From a virus (taxonomy: Duplodnaviria > Caudoviricetes), in IMG/VR virus record IMGVR_UViG_3300008266_000146, positions 1 through 52,475 of that record: a stretch of 52,475 bases of DNA; one strand, given 5' to 3'. Positions 15,965 through 27,400 of the stretch are shown in pieces. Below the pieces are notes generated by a model that had not been told where the DNA came from, ran no database searches, and saw only the letters and a program-made list of their open reading frames with translations. How positions within the stretch are numbered: the first letter of the stretch is position 1; each line of letters starts with the position of its first letter. A program made the translations under genes and the position numbers.

Positions 15965-17272
15965 ATGAGCAAAGCGCTCGTCAACGTCGATCCGTTCGCA
16001 GCCATGGCTGCACAGTTCGCCCTGCCCGCCGTCTTCGCCAACCAGCCCGTGCAGGATGAGCTGGGTGCCGGTATCGAAGGCTCGTTCGGCATCGTCGGCT
16101 ACAAGGGCAAGGTCTGGCGCATCCGCTATCGAGGCAACGAGGAGGTCGTCACCCGTATCGACGACGGCACCCCGGCAGCCGCGCTTGAGCTGGTTATCGT
16201 CAAGGCCAGCCCCCACAAGGCCAAGACCTATTACGCCGGCTCGTTCGTCGAGGGCACGCAGGAGCGCCCCGACTGCTGGTCGAACAACGGCGTGACGCCG
16301 GACCCCGGCGTGACCAACCCGGTTCACACCGCCTGCGCCACGTGTCCGATGAACGTGTTCGGCTCCAAGACGTCCGACAACGGCTCCAAGGCCAAGGCGT
16401 GTCAGGACCACAAGCGCGTCGCCGTCGTGCCGCTCGACGACATGATGAACGAGAGCGGCGGTGGGCCGATGCTGCTGCGCATCCCCCCGGCGTCGCTTCA
16501 GGCCGCCAAGGAGTACGGCGACAACCTCACGCGGGCGAACATCCCGATCTATGCCGTCGGCACGCGCGTGCTGTTCGACATGAACGTGGCGCACCCGCAG
16601 TTCATCTTCAAGCCGATCCGCGTGCTGACGGACGAGGAAGCCGAGTACATCAACGCCCTGCGCACCGACCCCCGCGTCGACCGCATCCTCAACGAGGGGA
16701 CGGACTTCGCGGCGGCTGCGGCGTTGGAGGCTCCCCCGCTGCCCGACGAGTTCTCTGCGCTCGCCGATCAGGCCGCTGCCAAGGCTACGGCCCCCAAGGC
16801 TGCCGCCCCCAAGCCGGCGTCGGCCACGGCCGCCGTGCAGGCCGCCGCTGCCAAGGCTGCCGCTCCCGCCGCCAAGGCCCCTGTAGCGGCTCCCAAGGCC
16901 GTTGCGCCGCCTCCGAAGGCTCCGGTGGCCCCCAAGGCTGCCGCGCCCGCCCCTGCGGCTCCCAAGGCCGCTGCCGCGCCGGTTACTCCGGCGAGTAACG
17001 CTACCCCGGCCGTCAAGCCGTCTGCGGCACAGGTGCTGGCCAATGCCCGCGCCAAGCAGGCCGCTGCTGCCGCAGCCGCAGCCGCCGCTGCCGCAGCCGC
17101 CGCAGCCGCTGAAGCCGCCGCTGCCGAGGCGGAGGGTGGCGAGGTGATCGAGGGTGAGTACGCCGAAGAGGGCGAGTACACCGAAGAGGGCGCTGAGGGC
17201 GCTGAGGGCGCTGAGGGCGAAGCGACCGTCGACGATCTCGACGCCGAGCTGAAGGCGCTGATGGGCGATTGA
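15965..17272 (+). CDS. Putative ssDNA-binding/annealing protein with an Ala/Pro/Lys linker and acidic tail
   Basis: Cys cluster (PDCWS, CATCP, AC); LLRIPPASL; acidic C-terminus DDLDAELKALMGD; position next to the primase. Confidence 0.6.
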   Translation: MSKALVNVDPFAAMAAQFALPAVFANQPVQDELGAGIEGSFGIVGYKGKVWRIRYRGNEEVVTRIDDGTPAAALELVIVKASPHKAKTYYAGSFVEGTQERPDCWSNNGVTPDPGVTNPVHTACATCPMNVFGSKTSDNGSKAKACQDHKRVAVVPLDDMMNESGGGPMLLRIPPASLQAAKEYGDNLTRANIPIYAVGTRVLFDMNVAHPQFIFKPIRVLTDEEAEYINALRTDPRVDRILNEGTDFAAAAALEAPPLPDEFSALADQAAAKATAPKAAAPKPASATAAVQAAAAKAAAPAAKAPVAAPKAVAPPPKAPVAPKAAAPAPAAPKAAAAPVTPASNATPAVKPSAAQVLANARAKQAAAAAAAAAAAAAAAAAEAAAAEAEGGEVIEGEYAEEGEYTEEGAEGAEGAEGEATVDDLDAELKALMGD

Positions 17273-17287
17273 GCCCGAGCACATGCG

Positions 17288-17309
17288 GGGCCGGGGGAAA
17301 CTCCGGCCC
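17288..17309 (+). terminator. GAAA-loop hairpin between the SSB-like gene and primase
   Basis: GGGCCGGGG-GAAA-CTCCGGCCC; weak U-tract. Confidence 0.5.
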
Positions 17310-17339
17310 TAACTACCTCTTGGGACATGGGCGGCGGCA

Positions 17340-20300
17340 GTGAACATCAACGAGGCGAAAAGGTATCTGGCACGTGTTCTGCCATGGCCAACCGACGGGG
17401 GTGACTGGTTCGTCAACCTCCACACCCTGCGCGACGTTGGGCGTCGCGACAAGAAGGGCAAGCCGATCCTGATGCCGGGCGGGCGTCCGTTCAAGGACGT
17501 CGGGCGCGCGGCGAACGCGATTGAGTGGTGGCTGACCAAGAGCCAGCACAACACGGACATCTACGCCTGCATGTCGGCACAGGCCACGGCTGTGACCCGG
17601 TACGACGACAACGGCAAGGCGTTCCTGACGGCGGTGCGCAACACCCAGAACACGCTGTGGTGCAAGTCGCTCTACATCGACGTCGACGTGAAGGCGCCGC
17701 CCAAGGGCTACGCAACCCGCGAGGAAGCGCTTGAGGCGATCAACGCGTTCATCGAGGCTCTTGGCATGCCGGAGCCCAGCGTCATCGTCGACAGCGGCAA
17801 CGGCTTCCATGTCTACTGGACCGTCGTGGACCCGGTCACTCCGGCGCAATGGTGGCCCTATGCCTACGCGCTCGCCGAGGCTACCAAGGCGTTCGGGCTG
17901 CGCTGCGATACCCAGTGCACCGTGGACGTGGTGCGCATCCTGCGCGTGCCGGGCACCTACAACTACAAGTCCGATCCGCCGACCACGGTCTCGATCCACC
18001 ACTGGCGGGACGGCGACTATTTCTGGAAGCATCTGACGGGGCCGTTGGAGCCCTACGTCGGCAGGGTGGTGATCGAGACCGATATGTCGCAGGAGTTCGC
18101 GGCGCTCGGGCGCATGTCCGGGCCGATGGTGGCTAACGAGCTGGGATCGGGCATCGAGCCGAACAAGGCACCAGAGGTGGACCTTGCGAAGGTCATCAAT
18201 GATTGCGCGTTTTTCCGTGACACTGTGGTGGACGGCGGGGCGAAGAACGACAACCCCCTCTGGGTGCTGACGCTGCTGGCGGCGACGTTCTGCGGCGAGG
18301 ACGGGGCGGAGCTGGCGCAGGCGATGTCCGCCGGCCATGAGACCTATGACCCCGACACCGTGGCGACGCGCTACGCCGAGAAGCTGGCCGAGAAGACCCG
18401 CCGCAATCTGGGTTGGCCGTCGTGCAAGGCGATCTCCGGTGCCGGTGCGCCGCAGTGCTCCACGTGCCCCCATCTGGCTGCCGGCAAGAGCCCGATGCGG
18501 TTCGGCATGCCGGACGATGTTACTCTCGCGAGTAACACCCCGCCACCCCGCCCGGTGCCCGCCGCCGTGCAGGCGCTGTCGCAGCAGACCGGCATCTACC
18601 AGATCGCCATGAACACTCTGCCGGACGACTACGTCCGTCGGCCGAACGGCATCATCGCTCAGGTGGTCACTCCGTCCGATGGTGGTGCCCAGTTCGAGCA
18701 GGCTGTGTGCCCCTACCCGCTGTTTGATGGCTGGCTTCAGCGTGACCCGTGGACGATCAACTTCTCGACCGTCGTGTCGGGTGGTAAGCAGGAGCGCGTC
18801 GCAGTCCGCTACGAGGACATGAGCGGGTCCGAGACGTTCCGCAAGACAGTGCTGCGGTTCGGGTTGGCGTTCGACAGCGAGAAGACGTTTGAAAGGCTGA
18901 AGGTGTTTCTCATGGCATGGATTAACAAGCTGCGCGACGGCCCCCTCGCCATTGGGTCCGGCCATACGTTTGGCTGGTCGACGAACGGCACCAAAGAGGA
19001 CGGTTTCATCTACGACGGGCATCTGTATGGGATGGACCCGGAACCCCGCCCCATGGCCATTGCCGACCCGGTGATCGCCGAACAGTACCGCCCCCGTGGC
19101 GACATAGGTCCGTGGGTTGACGCGCTCGACATCGTGCTGGGGCGCGAGCGCTACGACCTTGAGGCTATCGTGGCGTCGGCGTTCGCCGCACCGCTGGTGA
19201 AGTTCACCGGGCACTCGGGCCTCATCATGGCGGCGTACTCGGAAGCCTCGGGCGTCGGCAAGACCACGGCGATGAAGATCGCGCAGGCTGTGTGGGGCGA
19301 CCCCAAGCGCGCCATGCAGCAGCTCGACGACACCCAAAACTCGGTGTTCAAGAAGATCGGTCAGATCAAGAACCTGCCGATGTACTGGGACGAGATCAAG
19401 GGCGAAGAGAACCTGAAAAACTACGTGCGCATGATCTTCTCCATGGCCTCGGGCAAGGAGAAGTCCCGCATGCGCGCCGATGCCACCATGAACCTGTCCG
19501 GCACGTGGAAGACGCTTCTCGTTTCGGCGAACAATGAGAGCCTGATCGACTACATCATCCGGCAGACCAAGCAGACGAGCGCCGGCCTCATGCGCGTGTT
19601 CGAGTACCCCGTGGTGTCCCGGTCGGACGGCAGCATGAAGACATCGTCCGTGCAGGCCTCTCTGGGGCTGCTGGACGAGAATTACGGGCAGGCCGGGCTC
19701 ATCTACGCCAAGTGGCTCGGAGCCAACTGGGAGCGCGTTGCCAAGGACGTGCTGGCCATGTCGTCGGCATTCGAGAAGCGGGCCAAGGCCACGACCGACG
19801 AGCGGTTCTGGATCGCCCTCATCGCCGTGCTTGTCCTCGGGGCAACCTACGCCAACAAGCTTGGGCTGGCGCAGTTCAACACGGCGAAGCTGCGGGAGTT
19901 TCTGTTCGAGCAGCTGGAAGCGATGCGGGGTGTGGGGGACGCCCAGCCGGTGGATATGTCCAAGGGCATCAACGTCGTCAACGTCCTGTCCCGGTTCCTC
20001 GCGCAGAAGCGGGCGCGCAACACCCTCATCACCAACCGCATGCACGTGTCTCGCGGCAAGCCGCCTGCCGGGATCAACACCCTCAACGAGGCGACCAAGC
20101 TGGACGAAATTCAGGTCCATATGTCGGTCGACGACAAGCTGCTGCGGATCGTCTCGTCGGCGTTCTCGGACTGGTGTCAGGAGCACGGCATCTCGCGCCA
20201 CCAGTTCACCAAGGCACTGCACGACCAGTTCAACGTGCACGAGACGGTGGGCATCATCGGGGCCGGCACGCCCTACAAGTCGATGGCGCAGTACGTCATC

Positions 20301-20348
20301 CAGCTCGATCTTGCCGACCTCAAGATACAGCCGTTCATGGATACCTGA
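17340..20348 (+). CDS. Primase (AEP/RepB-like) fused to a DUF927-type P-loop helicase
   Basis: YIDVD, SGNGFHVYW, RILRVPGTYNYK; central Cys cluster; GVGKTT and YWDE in the C-terminal part. Confidence 0.85.
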   Translation: MNINEAKRYLARVLPWPTDGGDWFVNLHTLRDVGRRDKKGKPILMPGGRPFKDVGRAANAIEWWLTKSQHNTDIYACMSAQATAVTRYDDNGKAFLTAVRNTQNTLWCKSLYIDVDVKAPPKGYATREEALEAINAFIEALGMPEPSVIVDSGNGFHVYWTVVDPVTPAQWWPYAYALAEATKAFGLRCDTQCTVDVVRILRVPGTYNYKSDPPTTVSIHHWRDGDYFWKHLTGPLEPYVGRVVIETDMSQEFAALGRMSGPMVANELGSGIEPNKAPEVDLAKVINDCAFFRDTVVDGGAKNDNPLWVLTLLAATFCGEDGAELAQAMSAGHETYDPDTVATRYAEKLAEKTRRNLGWPSCKAISGAGAPQCSTCPHLAAGKSPMRFGMPDDVTLASNTPPPRPVPAAVQALSQQTGIYQIAMNTLPDDYVRRPNGIIAQVVTPSDGGAQFEQAVCPYPLFDGWLQRDPWTINFSTVVSGGKQERVAVRYEDMSGSETFRKTVLRFGLAFDSEKTFERLKVFLMAWINKLRDGPLAIGSGHTFGWSTNGTKEDGFIYDGHLYGMDPEPRPMAIADPVIAEQYRPRGDIGPWVDALDIVLGRERYDLEAIVASAFAAPLVKFTGHSGLIMAAYSEASGVGKTTAMKIAQAVWGDPKRAMQQLDDTQNSVFKKIGQIKNLPMYWDEIKGEENLKNYVRMIFSMASGKEKSRMRADATMNLSGTWKTLLVSANNESLIDYIIRQTKQTSAGLMRVFEYPVVSRSDGSMKTSSVQASLGLLDENYGQAGLIYAKWLGANWERVAKDVLAMSSAFEKRAKATTDERFWIALIAVLVLGATYANKLGLAQFNTAKLREFLFEQLEAMRGVGDAQPVDMSKGINVVNVLSRFLAQKRARNTLITNRMHVSRGKPPAGINTLNEATKLDEIQVHMSVDDKLLRIVSSAFSDWCQEHGISRHQFTKALHDQFNVHETVGIIGAGTPYKSMAQYVIQLDLADLKIQPFMDT

Positions 20349-20368
20349 TTACTCGGGGGAGTAACTTC

Positions 20369-20635
20369 ATGCGCTATATCGTCTGCGCCACCTGCGGGTC
20401 GTCTAGAGCGCTCCCGGTGTCACCGGCACCGGCAAGCACGCGAGAGGACGTCATATGCAGCGTCGTTGGGGCCGGCACCCATGTCGGGACGTGCGCGCAT
20501 TGCACGTCTGGCTTCGACGCGACGGTCGGCAGGAAATACGTCGTGGAGAGCGACACCCTCGACCACCACAAGCTCCATACCCTAGCGAAGCTGTTTGACT
20601 GCACCACAGGAGACACCAAGCATGGCCGCCCCTAG
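20369..20635 (+). CDS. CxxC/LAKLF family small protein, member H
   Basis: MRYIVCATCGS, CAHC, KYVVE, LHTLAKLFD; RBS from the box at 20348. Confidence 0.75.
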   Translation: MRYIVCATCGSSRALPVSPAPASTREDVICSVVGAGTHVGTCAHCTSGFDATVGRKYVVESDTLDHHKLHTLAKLFDCTTGDTKHGRP

Positions 20636-20837
20636 ACCCCGCTACTACAGCCGCGACAGCATCGTCTACGACCGGGAGTGGTTCCCACAGCTGAAGGCCT
20701 CGCCGCCGCCCCCCTTCACCCTCGCACGCTGCCGCAACCCCCGCGTCGCAAGGGTGCTGGCCAAGACGCTCAACCAGACCAACGTCGAGCAGTTCGAGCG
20801 CGATCTCGCGGCAGACGCACCAGCATTCGAGGACTAG
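20622..20837 (+). CDS. Hypothetical protein (71 aa)
   Basis: AGGAG RBS at 20608. Confidence 0.6.
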   Translation: MAAPRPRYYSRDSIVYDREWFPQLKASPPPPFTLARCRNPRVARVLAKTLNQTNVEQFERDLAADAPAFED

Positions 20838-20840
20838 ATC

Positions 20841-21143
20841 ATGCTGACCCAAGAACAGATCGACACGCTGGGCGCAATCGCCATCACCATGACCGGCAAG
20901 CCCTCGACGGAGGCTGTCGTCGAGGCGCTGGTCTCGATCCTTCAGCAGGACGTCCACATGGTCAACAAGAGCGCCATGCTGCTTTACGCAGCCATGTCGC
21001 CGGAGATGCGTCGGACGGTCAGGGGGATCGCAGAGACGTCGCGCGACAGCGGGCTCGCCGCTGCTTACGAGTGGGCGGGGTGGGTCCACGATCACGCCGC
21101 TAAAACGTACGTGTACCCGGATAAGCCGGGCCGGCGGCGCTGA
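20841..21143 (+). CDS. Hypothetical protein (100 aa), last gene of the + strand block
   Basis: GAGG RBS; converges on the HNH gene. Confidence 0.65.
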   Translation: MLTQEQIDTLGAIAITMTGKPSTEAVVEALVSILQQDVHMVNKSAMLLYAAMSPEMRRTVRGIAETSRDSGLAAAYEWAGWVHDHAAKTYVYPDKPGRRR

Positions 21144-21146
21144 CGG

Positions 21147-21422
21147 TCACACCCCGTCGCGCCAGCCCCGGTTCTTGCTCGCGGGCATGACGCGGAGGTT
21201 CTTCTTCCCATTGCCGCCACCGCTGCGCAGGGGCGTCTTGTGGTCGACGTCCTTGCCGTCCCCCTTCCGCACCTTGCCGGCCTTCTCCATCTCGGCGCGC
21301 GCCTGATTGCGGGCGACGCGGTTCGCCACCTGCTCGGGCCGGGCGTTGTAGCCCCGGCTCATCTCGCGCATCTGCGCAGGGGTGCGGTGTGACTTCGGAT
21401 CGCGCTTGCCGCCAGTGGCCAT
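21147..21422 (-). CDS. HNH endonuclease
   Basis: DVDHKTPL..GG.N...NLR......NR motif. Confidence 0.85.
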   Translation of the reverse strand: MATGGKRDPKSHRTPAQMREMSRGYNARPEQVANRVARNQARAEMEKAGKVRKGDGKDVDHKTPLRSGGGNGKKNLRVMPASKNRGWRDGV

Positions 21423-21437
21423 GGTTACTTCCCCGAG

Positions 21438-24400
21438 TTACTGGTCGTTATAGACGTCGTTGCGGTCGTAGATGTGCTGGTTGCGGCGGTTGGTCCGCAT
21501 GCCGCCCACCACCGTCTCGTCGCGGGTCTCACGCTGGCGCGTCATCACAGCTCTGTCAAGCTGCTGACGAGTGATGCGGGCGGCCTGCGCTCCAACCGGC
21601 AGCTCCCTGTTGTACCGCTCCACCTGCCCCCAGATGCGCATGCGCTCGCCCGGCGTGGCCTTGATGTAGGCCGCCGTCAGCTCGCTGCGCACCCGCTGCT
21701 CGGACCTGTTGGCCTCGCTGAAGGCCCGGCGGTGCTCCTGACGCTCGGCCTCTGCCGCCGGGGCGAAGCCCAGCGCCCGGACCGCTGCCTGATAGGGGGT
21801 GTAGGGCTCGACGATCTGACGGCCCATGCGGTCGGTCTTGCCGCCCATAGCGCCGAAGACGGACCTCTGTACGTCTCGCGCGGCCTTGAGCGGGATCATC
21901 TTGTCGGCGGCTGCCACGACGTCCTGCCGGAACAGGGCCTGCACGCCCTCGACCTGCTGGATGATCGTGCCGACCGGAGCGCCCATGGCCGTCTCGCCGA
22001 GCCACGCCATGATGTCGCGGCGCTTCTCGGAGTTGGGCTGGCCCATGGTCACCAGCGACGACAGCGACATGCGGTTCGCCACGTCGACGCCGATGGCGCG
22101 GACAAGGCCCCGCGTCGCCAGCTCTCCGCCGGTCGTGCCGAGCAGCCCGGCAGCCCCGCGCCGTATCATGTTCTCGAAATCGTCGTACGAGAACGTGGTC
22201 GCGCCGAGCGCGTTGGCGGCGATGAGGGCGATCTTCACAGGCTCAAGCGGCAGGCCAAGTGCGCCCGCCACCATTCCGTGGGTCATCATCAGGCCGGCGA
22301 ACTGGCGCATGGCCTCCCTGTCGCCCTGAAGCGACTTCCGCATGGTCTTGCCCAGCAGGTAGTAAGTCTTCTGGCCGAACTTCTTGAACTGCAAGGCGAC
22401 GCGGCCCAGCGGGTGCTGGAAGATCGGGGCAGCGTTACTCGACGAGTAATTGCCCATAGTGTCGTGGACGACTTCGGTCGCGTACTTGAGCGATGCGTTG
22501 TGGTCCTTGGTCTTGGCGAACTCAAGGCGGTAGGCCGCCACAGCGGTGACGCTGCGGTTGATCGCCTCGACGGCGGCACCCACCTGCCGGGACATCAGGT
22601 CAGCACGGTCCAGTGCCCGGCTCGGAGCCCAAGCGTCGGGGCGGGACTGGAATGCCACCTCCATGCCGCTCTCGCGCTCGAACAGGCCCCTGTCGTGCAG
22701 GTGCTGCAACAGCGTGCCCAGTCGCCCGGCTTCACCCGCGTCGGTGTTGCGCGCGATCTCCGCCGAGAACGTCTTGACGTAGTCGGTGAACCCCGACGAG
22801 TTGCGGTACGCCGACAGGGTGTCCTTGAACCCCGCCATCAGCCCGGACTTGGCACCGATAAGGTCATACGCCCCCACCAGCGTCTTGGACGTTGCGCCAG
22901 CGCCATGCCGCCCGCCGATGACCGGCAGGGAGGTCGTCCACGGCTCCGCCGAGTTGATGACGTGGTAGGAGACGCCGGCCAGCTTGTCGAGATGCGACAG
23001 CTGAAGCATGCGCCGGATCGCGGTGTTCGCCGCCGTCGGGGCGATCTGCGTGTCGGCGTTGGCACGCGCCTCCATGGTCGTGTAGATTTCGTCGCGGCGC
23101 AGCGCCGTGCCGTCATCCTTCGCGTTCTTGTAGTCCTCGATCACCTTGCGCATCGCAGCGAGGTTCGCGTCGATCTCAGGGCGATGCTTCTGCCCGGCGA
23201 TGAAGTTGGCGGACGACACGGCGAACTCGGCCGTGTTGCGCACCATGTCGGAGCTATAGCCGGTCACCCTGCGGCGCGGCAGGCGGGAGGACGCCAGACG
23301 CCCACCGCTGAGCCGGAGGCTGGCCTGCGCCAGCGACTGGATGACCTCGTTCTTCTGCGCCTGCGTCATGTTGCGGAAGCGGTCGCGCTGCTCCATCGAC
23401 TTGACGATGGTCGCCATCTCCGACGACAGAAGGCGGCGGTCACCCCCCTCATAGTCCTTGTGCTCCCGAATGCCCTGCATCTCCATGCCGTCAGCGGCCA
23501 GCTCGGCAGCCGCGCGCTCCGCTGCGCCCATCGACGTGTGGAACTCGGTGTGCTGGGTCTGCACGTAGACGTCGTAGGCCGGCACCGCGTTGGGGTCCTC
23601 GGCGTCAAGCACCTTCTTCGGGTCGGCCTTGTCCACCCACGTGATCTTGGTGTCGATGTGCAGGTCCGCATCGGGCCGGGAGACGTACGCCTCGGCGGCG
23701 CGGCGAGACTTGGCATCGGAGCCCATCGCGAAGCGGATGGCCGTGCGGCCCGACTTGTCCTCGACCAGCATCGCCCCATCGGGCGCAGTGATCTTGCGCG
23801 TGCCGGTGACGACGAACTCGCCACGGCGGCGCAGGGGCAGATACCAGCCGTCGATCTTCTTCAGCTCACGGGCGTTACTCAGGGAAGTAACCAGCGCCAT
23901 GTTCTTGATCTTGGGGTCCGTACCGGCCTTCTCTTCCGGCGTCAGACCATCCTCGTGGATGCGCTTGGCGAGCCCCGGCTCGTCGATGCCGGCGATGCGC
24001 AGGATGTTCTCGACCTGCGCCAGCGCCATGGCGTCCTGCTCGCTGCGGAAGAACGCCTCGGCCTTGCGAATGCCCGCCTGAAGGTCGTCCGGCAGCGCGG
24101 CCAGACGGCTCTCGATGTCGGCGAGGCGAGACTTGCTCTGCCACCCCGCCATCTTGTCCTTGCCAAGGTGCGTGTTGTCGCCGAACGGGTTGACGTTGTA
24201 GACGGTCGCGTCGTGGGCAACGTCCACCGCCTTGGCCCACTGCCCGTCTGACACGTACTTGCGCTCAAGGTCCGCCAGCGTCCGGGTGACATCGTTGCCC
24301 CCGCCATCGCGGTTGAGGTGGGTGTCGGCAGCCACACGCAGGCGCTCGATACCCTCGGCCACAAGGCGCGGAGCCTCGCTACCCTTGAACGCCTCAATGG

Positions 24401-27400
24401 CCCGCTCGCCCAGCATCATGTTGGTCGAGACGCTGTCCTTGAACTTGCGCCAGCTGCGCCCCACCGTCTTGCGCCAGTCGCCGGCCGACATGGTCATGTC
24501 GCGGCGAACCGTGGACAGCATGGCCTCGGCCCCGTCGGACATGACGTTCGGCAGGGTGATGTCCTCGGGCTTGATCGGGTTGTCCTTGACCAGACGGTCG
24601 AAGAACGCCTTCAGCTCGGGCTCCGGCAGATGCTCCTTGCCGGTCAGCTTGGAGACGATCTTGCGGTACGCCTGCGCGATGCGGCTGAAGAAACGGTCCA
24701 TGACCGTCATCGGCTGCTCGCTGGTCTGCGCCCACCGGGCCATGCTGTCGGCGAAGAACTCGTTGAACCCGAACCAGTAGCTTCTGTCGGACATATCCAC
24801 GGCGGCGAGGTCTTCGTTGCCGTGGTTTTTCTTGATAGCCTCTCTCGCCGATTTCAACGCGCGCAGGCTACGAATGTGGCCATAGGCTGTCTTCGTCGTC
24901 GCATTGGCAAGCCAGCGCGTATACGCGTCCATGATCTGCGTCTTGAGGGCGGGGTCTTTGGCCGCCATCTCGTTGAATACGCGGTGCATGACGAGGTGGC
25001 CAAGCTCATGGCCTACCGTCTCGATGGACTGCGCCCGGCTCATCCCCTTCTTCAAAACTATAACGTTGACGTCGCTGCCGCTCCTGATCGCCCCGCCGAG
25101 GGCATCAACATCCGACGTGAGGTTAGGATACGCCGCCCGCGCCGTTACGACTACGTCAGCATACTCTCTTGGGGTCAGCCCAAGGCTCTCGGCGATCTTG
25201 GTCGCATTGTTCCCCTTCAGGTCTTCCGGGTGAAGCACCAACACGCGGCCGGGGAAGTTGACCAGCTCCTTCAGCTCGCGTGCATAGCCACCCAGATCAT
25301 CGGACATGCTCTTGCCGACCGTGACGCTTTCGGAGCGAGTACGGTTGAATGCGTTCTCGGCGGCTTTGGCGGCTTCCATCTCAGCCCGGAACGCCGGGTC
25401 TTGGCCGAGAGCGTCCTCGACAGCCTTACGGCCGGCGGCACGAGCCTCTTCAACACGCGCCCGCTCGATGACGCGAGCGGCCTCATCCTTGACGCGGGCT
25501 TCTGTCTCGGCCCGACGAGCGTCGTCAGCCTTCTCTGCGATGCGTGCGCGGCGGGCAGCGCGTGCCTCTGCCAGCGCGTCCTTCGCACTTATCACATCCA
25601 GCTGCGCGTCAAACTTACGCTTGGCTGCCAACTCACGCGCACGGGCGATGGCCTCTTGACCCTTCACCCCGATCTTGCGGGACGGCAGGCGCTCCACCTT
25701 GGGGGCGGCGGTGTTACTCTCGGGAGTAACCTTGGGCGGCGGGCCTTCGGCGCGGCGGGCTGCGACACGGTCCTCTGCCGCCTTGCGGTCGGCGTCAATG
25801 TCTCCAAGGACCGTATCGCCGTCGTCGGCGTAGCGCGCCGGCCTGTCGTCGACGACATGCAGCGCTTCATCCAAGTCCACGCGGCTGTGGTACGGCAAGC
25901 CGGCGTCGTACTCGCCTTCACTCGCGCCTTTGCCGGGCGTCTTGGCGTCCTGATCCGCCGACCGCTCCATGGCGTTGCCGCCAAGGCCGGTGACAGTCTT
26001 GGACTTCGCGTCGGCTTTCTGCTCGGCGACGAGACGGGCGATCTCGGCTTCGCGGCTCTCGGCTGCACGGGCAGCCTCCTGCTCAGCCTTCTTCTTGGCG
26101 CGGACAGCCACCTTGCCGCCATCACGCTTCGGCTCCGTGTTGGGCTGCGCCTTGGCTGCGGCAGCGGTCTCGACTTGGTTCTCATGCGCACGCTGAAGCA
26201 GCGCCATGGCGGCCTTGTCTAGGCGAGCGCCGGGAGTGCGGGCCTGCTGCTCCTGAATGTTCTTGGCGAGACGCGCCCAGTCAGCCGGCTGCCGGCCTTC
26301 CTTCTCAGCCTTGGCGATCTCCTTGTTGGCGTCGCGGTAGAACTTACGACGCGCATCGGGGTTGGCTATGGACGCGGCCTTCTCAGGCACGCCCTGCGCC
26401 GAGCGGTCCGACGCTTCGTTACTCTTGGCGATCTGGCGGTCGCGGCGTGCAGTCTCTGCCGCTTCCTTCTTGGCCTGCTCGGCGTCGACCAGCACGCGCC
26501 GGCCCTCGATCACCTTGGCAGGCGGCTCCACAGCCACGGTGTTGCCGGGGGTCTTGTTGGCCTCCAATGCCGCCCTCTGCACCCCGGCGGTCTGGTCAGT
26601 ACCGGCAGCAGCCTTGACCTCGATCCCATCGGGCGTGCGCTCGACGACACCAACCGGCGTCTCGCCGTCTGCAATACGCGCGGCGACTTCCTGCTTGTTG
26701 ACCGGGCCAAGACCCAGCAGCTCTCCATCACGCCCCTCCTTGATGGCCGCATAGACGTCCTTCATCTTGAGGCGGGTGGGGTCGATGATGTAGATGCCCT
26801 TCTTGGTCGGCACCAGCGACAGCCCCTGCTCCTTCGCACGGGCCAGAAGCTCCGGGGGCATCGGCGTGTTCTTGGGGACCAGCGCGGCAGCGACATCGCC
26901 GTCGACCACCTTCTGCACCTGATAGCCCAGCATCACGGCGGGCTCGGGCGCAGTGCGGCCGGTGTCGTCGAACGGACGGGTCGCAGCCGGGGCGGTCTCC
27001 ATGGTCGGCGGGCGCGGGTCAGCCGTAGCCGGTGCCGCCTCGGGCTCGATCCAGCGCTCCTGCACGCGGCGAACTGCGTCGCCCACCGGGTCGGGGACGG
27101 TGGCGGTGGCGGTGTCGGGCGTGGGCTCCGGGCGGCCGGGCTGCTGCGGGTCCGTCCATCCCTCCTGCACGCGGCGGGTGGCCTCCGCGACGGGGTCCGG
27201 CACAGCCGGGCCTTCCATGATGTCCTCGGGGCGGACGTTGTCGAGCGTGATGGCCTGACGACGCGTGCGGTCGGTCGCCTCCGCGACATCCGGCGGCACA
27301 GCGGTAGGGTCAGCCGGCGCAGCCTCGGGCGCGGCGGGGGTCTCTGCGGGCTTATCAGGCTGGCGCGCGGCAAGAGCTGCTTGCTGGTCAGCGGGCACAG

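Noticed and set aside
17313-20240. Long antisense ORFs (also 2334..3704, 9983..11437, 21474..24251, 24318..26222, 44374..45741)
   Set aside because: Shadow frames opposite well-supported genes in GC-rich DNA, with no motifs or RBS.
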